From assembly GCF_001194135.2 (NCBI RefSeq), contig NC_068985.1:94052547-94116546 (forward strand): 64,000 nucleotides of DNA, written 5' to 3'. The notes beneath the pieces were generated by a model. The model ran no database searches. It was not told where the DNA came from and saw nothing but the letters and a program-made list of their open reading frames with translations. Source of the DNA: Octopus bimaculoides (Eukaryota). Position 1 is the first letter of the stretch. Each line of letters opens with the position of its first letter. Of the stretch, positions 53,620 through 64,000 are shown one piece after another. Both the position numbers and the translations under genes were made by a program.

Positions 53620-53838
53620 GGTGTCTCTGTGTTTGTTCCCCCACCATCGCTTGACAACTGATGTTGGTGTGTTTACGTCCTAGTAAATTAGCGGTTCGAC
53701 AAAAGTGTTCGATATAATAAGTGCTAGGTTAACAAAGAATAATTCCCGGGGTCGATGTGTTCGACTAAAGGCGGTGTTCCATCATGGCCGTATTCAAATT
53801 ATTGGAACAAGTAAGAGAATAAAAGAAAAAGAAATAAC
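53345..53838 (+). mobile_element. Family C SINE, near full length, with internal (TA)n(TG)n and a 10-N gap
   Basis: B box GGTTCAATCCC, CORE-like CCTTGGGCAAGTGTCTTCTAC, A-rich tail. Confidence 0.9.
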
Positions 53839-56800
53839 CAATTTTGAAACGCCTACATATATTACTTTATATAGCCTTGGCGTGACGTGTGTGAGATCCT
53901 GAAAAATTGATTAGTGTTATTATGCAGAGTGTAATTAGCACTGGATCCTGTTATAAGCTTGGCGATGTTTTCTATACAATTGAGAGTGAAATTGGCATCA
54001 CAATCAGCAGGTTGCAATAGATTCGTTGCTTTTATTAGTTTTCCACCTACACAAAAAAGAGAAAATAGCGAAGTTTCTATAGAGAGAGTGGTGACAAAAA
54101 TAAATCTTGCAATGTTACCTCCTTCATAAGCTTCCGTTCATTAAGGGGGTAAAAATCGTAGCAAATATCCTGTGTTCGTTCTGAAGAATTTCTCACATAT
54201 TTTGGAAATTAATGGCCTCTGAATTTTCCTGCTACGCTTATTGAACTTTTTTTCTGGACAAGTGATTGATTAGGTTTATAGCTAACTTCCTAATTCGAAA
54301 CTTGAGACGTCGTTAATGGACTCAGCGAAATTTGACAGTAGACATTAATATCAAAAGATCGATTGCTTTTTAGATGTTTATATGATTCGATATGGTCTAT
54401 TAGTATTGCACAGTATTGTAGGAAGATCTAAGAGACGTTCATTAGTTACTTGTTAAATATTTCTTTGGGGAAAAACATGAAATAAATTAATCCCCTTTTT
54501 GCTATAGGATATGTCTATAATGGTTAATTGTAGTCGATAAATGTCATAATATATAGATATAAAATATGATAAACGTATTTTTACGATTATTTTAGAGCCC
54601 ATGATAAGACTATGTTAATATTGATTTTGTTAGGAGAGGCAAAACTTCAATTTTCGCAGATTATAGTCGATAGTACTTAGTAGGTTATGCCACTGGTACA
54701 CAACAGAAGCTTATTAGAACAACATCTGTGTGGTCCTTCAGTTTTCTCGAAAGAATAGCCAACAGCCATTCAAATGACAATTAACCATTTATAAAGAATT
54801 GTGTATCGTTTAATACAGTAAGAAAAGAGTGAATAATTACGACTAGAGTTATTTAAACGTTGGCTGGTCAACTAGAATTCCTCCAGAGTTACATTGATAG
54901 GTTTGAAAATAGTTTCGAAAATTATATTCCAATTTGTTAAAATATTGTTTCTGACCAACAAAATGTCAACTTACTTTCGGAAAAGAGCATTAGTTAATAT
55001 AGTAGTTTAAGACTACTTCTAAATATACGGGATGGTCTTTGCTTTGTTGCCTTTAATCATACGTTTGCCATATCGGTTGGAAATGTGATCATACAACATT
55101 AACTACAACAACTGATCCATTAATGGATATTGTAGGATGAGGTAACCGGTCGAAATGAAGAATTCCATCAAGTGATGCCGCCATCGGTCTTCCTTTTACC
55201 TCTGTCCCTTTGATTGAATTAATATTGTCATTTTCTGTAATACTTAGAGCTGCAAAACAAGTAAAGAAATCCCTTTCGTTCGACGACGATATGCATTGAT
55301 GTACGTAATTATTATGAATACGTTCCAGCAGGAGTGATGAGGAATAGATTAATTGCTATTTCATTTTGTCTTTGCAGCACAAATTAGCCATCAAAGAATA
55401 CGTACGATATCGCTTGGATTGCTGCTATTCTGTGAACACGAGATATTTAATTATCAATTTGGCAGATATGAGCAAGCTTCACAAACTAATTTGATTCCTG
55501 ATTTCTGTAAACAAGAGGCATCAATCTTGTTCACTTTCATTGATCCAGGATTAGCTTTGTCCGAAGAGAAAAACAACGTCCAAACACTGATGCATGAAAG
55601 GCCCCTAATTACACTGCATCAAATGTCTTTTCAACACATATCGTCTTAAAAAAGACCTTATTCATGAAAGGTTAAATATAACTGAATTTGTAATCTTTAG
55701 GTTCAGATGTTCAGGAACGTATTAAAAATGAATATGTAATTCATGGTTTTGACGTGCACGCGGTATTTTATTAGCGATGTTGTATGTTTTCTTAATCTAA
55801 CCGCTATAGAAGGAAAATTGTCTTCACGCTTGTCAAAATACTCTAAAACATTAACACATTCTGTGTGTGCAATACACGGCGGGACAAAATTATTGCGTTC
55901 AATCACACAAATCGGTTTTTACATGGATGGATGAATCGCATTCACCAGACCACCATGCCCACCAATCTTTACTTGTATGACTACTGGTCGTTTGTACGTA
56001 ATGTCTCTTATATGCATTGACCTGCAGGCACGTATGCACACATTTCACAAACATTTACACATAAATACACACTCATATACACACAGATAGTCACAAAAAT
56101 CCACTGCCTATTATCTTCCCTACACCATAACAATCTCATATGTCCGTTGCCATCTTTCTCTGGCTTATCAATAATTCCGCCACGCATCATACGTTTCTGG
56201 CTAGATCGGACCGTGAAACAAATCCCAAAACTCTTCACTTAATTTCACTTTCTTGAGGCCTTACCGTCTCTTTTGCATCGATTCCCCACTTTCTTGCAGC
56301 CCTTGTAAACTAACGTTTTTGTACATCCATTCTTAATATCATCCCTCCCCACCATACATATATATATATATATATATATANNNNNNNNNNNNNNNNNNNN
56401 NNNNNNNNNNNNNNNNNNNNNNNNNNNNNNNNNNNNNNNNNNNNNNNNNNNNNNNNNNNNNNNNNNNNNNNNNNNNNNNNNNNNNNNNNNNNNNNNNNNN
56501 NNNNNNNNNNNNTGTGTGTGTGTGTGTGTGATTGTGTGTGTGTGATTGTGTGTGTGTGTGTGTATGTGTGTGTGTGTGTGTGTATGTACTATGTATACAT
56601 CGGTGTACGTATAGATCTAAGTAATGCCGCGGAGAGTAAATAAACATGTGCACACAGATACTAGTATACGTATGAGTGTATCTGTGAAACAACTCTTGTC
56701 ACTGCTGTGGACAGCCAACAATCGTTCTTAAAGAAACCCTCCCGGTGCAAAGACTACTACTCTGGCAACCTTCCTTTGATCTTAATGTTACTGTGATGAG

Positions 56801-57671
56801 AGATCTTACTGTCTTCAACTTCCGATCATAAATCTTAGAATTATAGTATTTTTACGGCGTGCCTTTTTCGGGGTGAAATTGTGTGAACTTTTGTGGGGTA
56901 TAGGTATGTGTGAGTGGGTATCGATGTGTCTGGGCATCTACTCATGCTAAGACATTCAGTATCCCTGTCTTTAAACTGAACGTAATCTAATCTTTCTTTA
57001 ACATGTCTTACCCTCTCTCTGCTTCTTCTTTATATAAATATTGCTTATATAAATTCTTATAGTTTATACGTTCATATTTATGGTTATTTTGAAATGACTA
57101 TTTAAGATAATGGCAGCTGTATGTAACTCCATTCGCGGATGCAATCGATAAAAATTAACTTGACTGCACGAACTCAATATATTTAGCAGGAAGCCATTTT
57201 ATATATTCATGTATTTGATGTGACCCACACTGCACTGATCAATGCAATACAATTTGATGTACAAGATCCCACCCTTAAAAGGAGAGTCGCAAGAGGGGTC
57301 GAAACGATCGTGGTACTAAATGCCAAATCTATCTCCCGCTTTATTCATCGATTATTATTATCTCAACTAACACTGGGGGAATTCATGTAGTAGATCGAAC
57401 AAAAATATACCAGACCAAAGATGACACCAGGTTGCCAAAACTGTGAACATGCTATACGGAACACACTAATTGATAAATAGTAATTAATCAAAACAATTTA
57501 CACACATGTGCGCGGGCACTTTTTAATACGTCTATTCCCATTCTCTCGACCTATAAAATTTTATTCACTTCCTGTTTTATTACCAACTCATTTTTCCTAT
57601 CCCATTCACAGTCTTCTCTCTTTTTTAATACTCCACTCGTTTTCTTCAACAATTTCTTATATACAATATAT

Positions 57672-57676
<5 letters not shown>

Positions 57677-57740
<64 letters not shown>
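57677..57740. repeat. (AG)n microsatellite bordering a gap
   Basis: Direct reading. Confidence 0.95.
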
Positions 57741-58517
57741 NNNNNNNNNNNNNNNNNNNNNNNNNNNNNNNNNNNNNNNNNNNNNNNNNNNNNNNNNNNN
57801 NNNNNNNNNNNNNNNNNNNNNNNNNNNNNNNNNNNNNNNNNNNNNNNNNNNNNNNNNNNNNNNNNNNNNNNNNNNNNNNNNNNNNNNNNNNNNNNNNNNN
57901 NNNNNNNNNNNNNNNNNNNNNNNNNNNNNNNNNNNNNNNNNNNNNNNNNNNNNNNNNNNNNNNNNNNNNNNNNNNNNNNNNNNNNNNNNNNNNNNNNNNN
58001 NNNNNNNNNNNNNNNNNNNNNNNNNNNNNNNNNNNNNNNNNNNNNNNNNNNNNNNNNNNNNNNNNNNNNNNNNNNNNNNNNNNNNNNNNNNNNNNNNNNN
58101 NNNNNNNNNNNNNNNNNNNNNNNNNNNNNNNNNNNNNNNNNNNNNNNNNNNNNNNNNNNNNNNNNNNNNNNNNNNNNNNNNNNNNNNNNNNNNNNNNNNN
58201 NNNNNNNNNNNNNNNNNNNNNNNNNNNNNNNNNNNNNNNNNNNNNNNNNNNNNNNNNNNNNNNNNNNNNNNNNNNNNNNNNNNNNNNNNNNNNNNNNNNN
58301 NNNNNNNNNNNNNNNNNNNNNNNNNNNNNNNNNNNNNNNNNNNNNNNNNNNNNNNNNNNNNNNNNNNNNNNNNNNNNNNNNNNNNNNNNNNNNNNNNNNN
58401 NNNNNNNNNNNNNNNNNNNNNNNNNNNNNNNNNNNNNNNNNNNNNNNNNNNNNNNNNNNNNNNNNNNNNNNNNNNNNNNNNNNNNNNNNNNNNNNNNNNN
58501 NNNNNNNNNNNNNNNNN

Positions 58518-58556
<39 letters not shown>

Positions 58557-58964
58557 TTCATACATACACGTGTGTACTATTACACAATTATCTCAATGAC
58601 AATCGTCATTGCGTGCACACACTCACATATACAATCGCACACATATAGAAATTCTCTACACAGACACAGACTTGCAAATACATACACACTATCAAACAGC
58701 CTATATTAATAATTTGGCTAGGAGAATCAATAATTGTGTCTCTCAAAACCATCTTCCATAACCAGCCACATACATTTCGTGTCAATATTTATTTTTACTA
58801 GCAACAAAAAGACACCTACACGCAAAGCCAGAGTAGAAATACACACGCACAGGCTTCCAACAACTACATCTGTATTCTTATTTATCCAATAATCTATCTC
58901 TCTACTCTTCATCTATCTACTTATGTATCTATATTTCTTAATCACCATATAGTTATATCTGCTA

Positions 58965-59332
58965 TGGTGGAGGTGCAATGGCCCAATGGACTAGCGGTAA
59001 TAGGACCATCGTTTCGATTCCCAGACGGGCTGTTGTGGCGTTTATTGAGCGAAAACAATTAAAGCTCCATGCTGGTCCGGCAGGTCGTGGCGAACCCTGC
59101 TGTACTCTTTCACCTCAAGTTTCTCTCAGTCTTTCTTCTTGTTTCTGTTGTACCTGTATTTCAAAGGACCAGCCTTGTCACACACTGTGTCACATTGAAT
59201 CTCCCCGAGAACTACGATAAGGGCACACGTGTTTGTGGAGTGCTCAGCTACTTGCACGTTAATTTCACGAGGAAGCTGTTCCGTTGATCGGATCAACTGG
59301 AACCCTCGACGTCGTAAGCGACGGACTGCGTA
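58965..59332 (+). mobile_element. Family K SINE with near-perfect 10-bp TSD
   Basis: ATATCTGCTA (58955-64) / ATATTTGCTA (59333-42); homologous to the 5596 and 18774 copies. Confidence 0.9.
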
Positions 59333-60627
59333 ATATTTGCTATCAATTTTCCACTCCATTTAAAAATATTTCTCTTTTATGAATATACTTGAGTAAACCC
59401 ACACATATAAACATACGTACAAACAATCTAATTTGTCAGGGTAGAAACTGTTATTATAAGTTTCGTAATTACTCGAAACCAGTAACGATGGATTTTCGTT
59501 TATTCTGCAAAAAAAAAAAAAGACTTTTGTTTACCAAACGATCGTATTCTAAAGCGTTTAAAATTTATCTGCATCCAACTGTCAATATTTTCCACTCCTC
59601 AAGGACGCTTGATCGCCCCGATGTTGCAGTGCTAAATGGCAAAGCAAGCACTAGACCTTGAGTAAACTAATTTTTACTGAATAATATCTAAATTTCATTC
59701 CTAGTAATTGGTCGAAATTATATGGTACTTGGGAAACTTGTTGATACGATACTTTACTTGCCAATACGTCTCATATACACATACTCATAGAATTACAAAT
59801 TAATTTATTGTGTACATATTCCCATGTCGTTAGAATACCATCGTAGTTTAACAGTTTGATACTCACAAGAAAATTGCTATTGGCACTGGTAAGCCAGTGT
59901 CTTCGGCTGTATACAATCTTACATAGTTTCAATGCGTTCAGTTGTTGGAGCTTCATTGCTTAATCCAAGCTAGGAATCTTTTTCTGGTGATAAATGCCTT
60001 GCACCAGAATGCTAGATGTCATGGGAATTATCTTTCCTTTCCTGAATAAGGAATATAAAATATGCTCCATAACAATCTAACAAAGATGTCGCTTTGGAGA
60101 CAGGATAGTAAAATAAATATGTCCTGTATCACATATCCTTTCTTCGTTTCTAAGTCATTGAAATATAGACAAGCTATGTAAATATATTGATTCTACCGAA
60201 TAAACATCTTCTCTTCTCAATTGGTCTTATTTGTTTTTTATATTCAATTTGCCGACAATAACACACAATGCCTGGACCAGTAATAAACTTCATTGAAAAC
60301 TCCTTGGCTTTACAATGTAGTAAGTAATGAAAAGAATATGTTTGCTTGACCCCGGAGAAGTATTTATCTCTAGAGATATTGTTGATATCAAAATATTGAC
60401 TAAATACGAACAGAAAGTGTTTGTTTAGTGCAAAGATTCTTTCTCTTGTTAACGGTAGCAGAAGAGTAGATCAGTAAACAGCTGTAAAAATATTATGGCA
60501 GCCCTTTTGTATTTGTTATGTATACAAAACCCGGTAAATATATACCTTTATAAAATATATTCATATGAGTAATTAAATAAAAATGAAACGATATTTACAA
60601 ATCAGAATTCACATTTTATTATTAATA

Positions 60628-60630
<3 letters not shown>

Positions 60631-60724
<94 letters not shown>
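60631..60724. repeat. (TTA)n microsatellite
   Basis: Direct reading. Confidence 0.95.
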
Positions 60725-60725
<1 letters not shown>

Positions 60726-61261
60726 TCATATCATGAAGCACTTTCACTGCTAGAGTTTATTCAGTATTTTGTCTAATTCCATTAGTAAATATTTCTTGAT
60801 TATTTTGTTATTTCTTAATAAAATCCAGTCAGAATTTTCGTTTTTTTTTTACTTTTATTATTCTGCTGTTTATTTACGCAACTTATCAAGTTTAAGATGT
60901 TCATTTGTTTAATTATAATCTTTTATATAAGACTGTAACTAGTATTTTTTTTTTTGTGAGTTCGACAACCAATTACCAATATATTAATTTCACATCCAAT
61001 AACATATGTGATATGAATGATGTAAACAAGGAAATTCCACATTGCCATTCTTATATATCTTCTCTGTCGTTTTTATAATCAGCATTATAGTCAATATTTC
61101 TTATAAGGTGTTTTCATTTTCACAAAATATAAAATATCTGTGCCATAAAAGTTACGTAGATATTCTACTTAACTTTTGTGGATAATTTTTTTTTTAAATC
61201 AGATGTTCATTATTCTATCGTCACGTGTATTGTGTTCTCGTCTTTGTATATTTTAAGTGGT

Positions 61262-61472
61262 TTCAAGATTTCAAACTTTCCTTAGTGAGCGGGAAGGTTA
61301 ATCGCTTACATCGATTCCCGGTATTTCAACAGAATTTATTTTATCGACTCAAAATCGGTGAAATCCCGGGTCAGACTCGGCGGAATTTTCAACGCAGAAC
61401 ATTACGAACACGGAGGACATACGCCTGAAAACTTTGTCCGATGCGCAAACCATTCTGCTAGCTCGCCACCTT
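61262..61472 (-). mobile_element. Family M SINE
   Basis: atttattttatcgac core, ctcggcggaattt B-box region, ctgctagctcgccacctt head. Confidence 0.75.
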
Positions 61473-61579
61473 CTTTTTCTTTTGCGCCCCTTTTAAAGCC
61501 TAATCAGGCTCATGGGCCCAGTTTCTATGGCGTATGTGTTAATAAACACAAACCCGCATAGAATTGGCATCATTGAATT

Positions 61580-61716
61580 TGGCTAAATTCTGCCTAGGTT
61601 GACTTTGCCTTTCACACTCGGAGCCGATACAATAAGTACCAGTGAAACACTTGGGTCGATCTGATCCCCTCCCCCAAAAATTTCAGGCTTTGTGCCTATA
61701 GTAGAAAGGATTATTG
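61580..61716 (+). mobile_element. Family M SINE 3' portion
   Basis: ggttgactttgcctttcac...aataagtaccag...aaatttcaggctttgtgcc. Confidence 0.75.
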
Positions 61717-62044
61717 AATTAGGCGTCGACATTTTTTATTTAAATAGAGGCCAAATTAAGGTAATAACAATTTACTTTACAGACGTGTCACGAGACCTAT
61801 ATTTTCCCAACGTTGACCTTGTACGATTTCGGGTTTTGATAAAGTCAATAGATTTATTTACAATGGCATAAACAAATTTGCTAAATAGAAACATTTTACT
61901 GACGGTTCTATAAAATGAAAATACTTCAGCATAAAACTTAAGTAGAATTTACAGCGAATATACACACACAAACACAACTCCGCAGGCGCACACTCATACA
62001 CACGCATACACACACACACTCGTACACACACATATCTACATACA

Positions 62045-62104
<60 letters not shown>

Positions 62105-62466
62105 TGCAGGTTGGTAGGGGTTAGTTGCAAGCCGCTACAAATATCGAAATTATTGAAAAATTCGCTTTTAAGACTTTCTACAAAATCTTTAATGTCACAT
62201 TAAAATATTTTATTACGGCCTGATGAAACATTTTTTTTCTTTTTTCAATTTTATACTCACGCTCCATGTAAAGTGTGTTAAATAGTGGAGGCTTTAATTT
62301 TAGATGAATACTCGAAATGTGTTTTGAGAACTTCTGTTATTTTAGTAACCACTTCCAGAGAACTGAATCAATTGTCATGAGTTGCACCTGTGTTTTCAAC
62401 ATAAACAATACAGTCAAAGCCGGAGAAATCCTCGTAGCCACACGCTGCAACGTGACATTTTCACAG

Positions 62467-62523
62467 GAAGACTGTTTCAACGAATATCATAGGATGAGCA
62501 AGAAGATTATCTTGCAGCCTTTC
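62467..62523 (+). CDS. Candidate exon (57 nt; alternative acceptor at 62359 gives 165 nt in the same frame)
   Basis: Acceptor gacattttcacag, donor TTC|gtaaga; reads EDCFNEYHRMSKKIILQPF. Confidence 0.25.
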
Positions 62524-63335
62524 GTAAGAGATATAGAAAAAGTTTTACACATAATACGTATAACGACATTGCACACACCGAAATATTTCAGCGCTTTGTA
62601 ACTCCTAGAAAGTCAAATGTCAGTGAGTCCTGACAGTACGAAAACTGACAGGTTATTGCTTAGGAGGTATACACATTGGAATATATGCAGAGGTGATTGT
62701 AAACACGTCTACTATATTTGGAATGTTAGAAGTGAACCTACTTTTTATATTTTCATTGTTGGAAATAGATTTATTTCTATATAAGTTACAAAGTTTCAAA
62801 ATATATCACAATTAAAACTTCACTACCTATTCGTCTTAAAAACCATAAGCAATACAACTTCAAAGTTAACATTAAAGGGGAAAAAAACTACGCAAATAAT
62901 ACTGAATATGAAATTTTTTTAAATATTTTTTTACGAATAAATTAATAGCATTTTAAACCGCACTATAGCACCAGTCGACGCTTAAATAATATACAAATAA
63001 CCATCATTGTTTATTCTTTTATACACTTGAATGCAATTATAAAGTGTATGGATTTTAAATTGATTCTTAAAATTAATACTTTAAAAATGTTAAATACAAA
63101 AAGGAAACTCACAATCTCTCTCGCGCACCTCCCCACCTCTCTCTCTCTCTCTCTATCCGTAGTTAAACCATTTTAACGCATTTAGGTTTGCCTGGTTTAA
63201 GAAAACTTCTCGCAAACCATAAAAATGTTGGTCACGATCAAAGGTATTTTGATCGTTAACGTCTTAAAATGAATCTGCGAGCTGCTTGGAATACTTATCT
63301 CTGCACACGGAAGCAGTATTAATACTATTAGAGAA

Positions 63336-63548
63336 AAATGCGGTGAGCTGGTAAAATCCCTAGCATGCCGGCCTAAAGGCTTTGCGGTATTTCATCTGCG
63401 ACTACGTTCTGAGATCATATTCTAACGAGGTAGACTTTGCATTTCATCTTTGCGGGGTCGATAACTTAAGAACCAGTTGCGAATCGGGGTCGACTGCACC
63501 CCATCCCATAAAAATTTCAGGTTTTGAGCCTAGAGTACAAATGATTAT
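63336..63548 (+). mobile_element. Family M SINE with 10-bp TSD
   Basis: TATTAGAGAA at 63326-35 and 63549-58; head, core and tail all recognisable. Confidence 0.85.
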
Positions 63549-64000
63549 TATTAGAGAATAACTCAACTTTTGAAAAGAAATAGCGCAATGAATCTGAAAT
63601 TTAAAGAATTATAGGTATGGGTCTTGCAAAAGAATATTTCTAAACGAAAGTCAGTTATTTAAGGAAAACAAAAAAAGTCTCTAAGATTGGATATGTCAAT
63701 GAACATAATAAATGTATGATTGATTTGTTACATTTAGAAAAAAATATTCAGTAAATATATAAGTAAAATGACCAACCGTAACTTAAATATAAATCTGGAA
63801 TAAATTCAAATAACTCAGTTCTTCCATATATAAGCAATCGGTCATTAGCACAAGCATTTTTAATACATAAATTATATCCCTGTTATTAAGGTGAAATAAT
63901 ATTTTAAAAAATGTAAGAAATATCCATTCTAAAAACTGTACTTTGTGGTAAATGTGTAACTTGTAAAGACTAAAATTATTGAAAGTAGTGCATGATATAA

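Noticed and set aside
57268-57315. Third hammerhead-like motif (ccac...tcgcaaga...GAAACGATCGTGG)
   Set aside because: The core reads CTTAAAA instead of CTGANGA, stem II is mostly unpaired and the cleavage position is G; at best a dead relic.

Overview
AT-rich, repeat-dense animal nuclear DNA from a gapped draft assembly, with 13 N-gaps nearly all bordered by microsatellites. The repeat landscape looks cephalopod/octopus-like, which is an inference and not a database result. No intact gene, rRNA, true tRNA or CRISPR is recognisable. The window consists of: (i) microsatellites; (ii) about 25 copies of tRNA-derived SINEs in three recurring families, labelled here M (Meta-domain-like), C (CORE-like) and K; (iii) decayed R4/Dong-type (RLE) LINE fragments, a CR1/L2-group RT fragment and a mariner relic; (iv) three TIR elements with target-site duplications; (v) a few weak candidate exons on both strands. 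The most interesting signal is a tRNA-headed SINE at 52186-52433 (-) that carries a complete minimal hammerhead-ribozyme fold of the Penelope-associated type. A second, variant hammerhead lies at 38815-38849. A foldback transposon at 41045-41782 has a telomeric-repeat palindrome at its centre.
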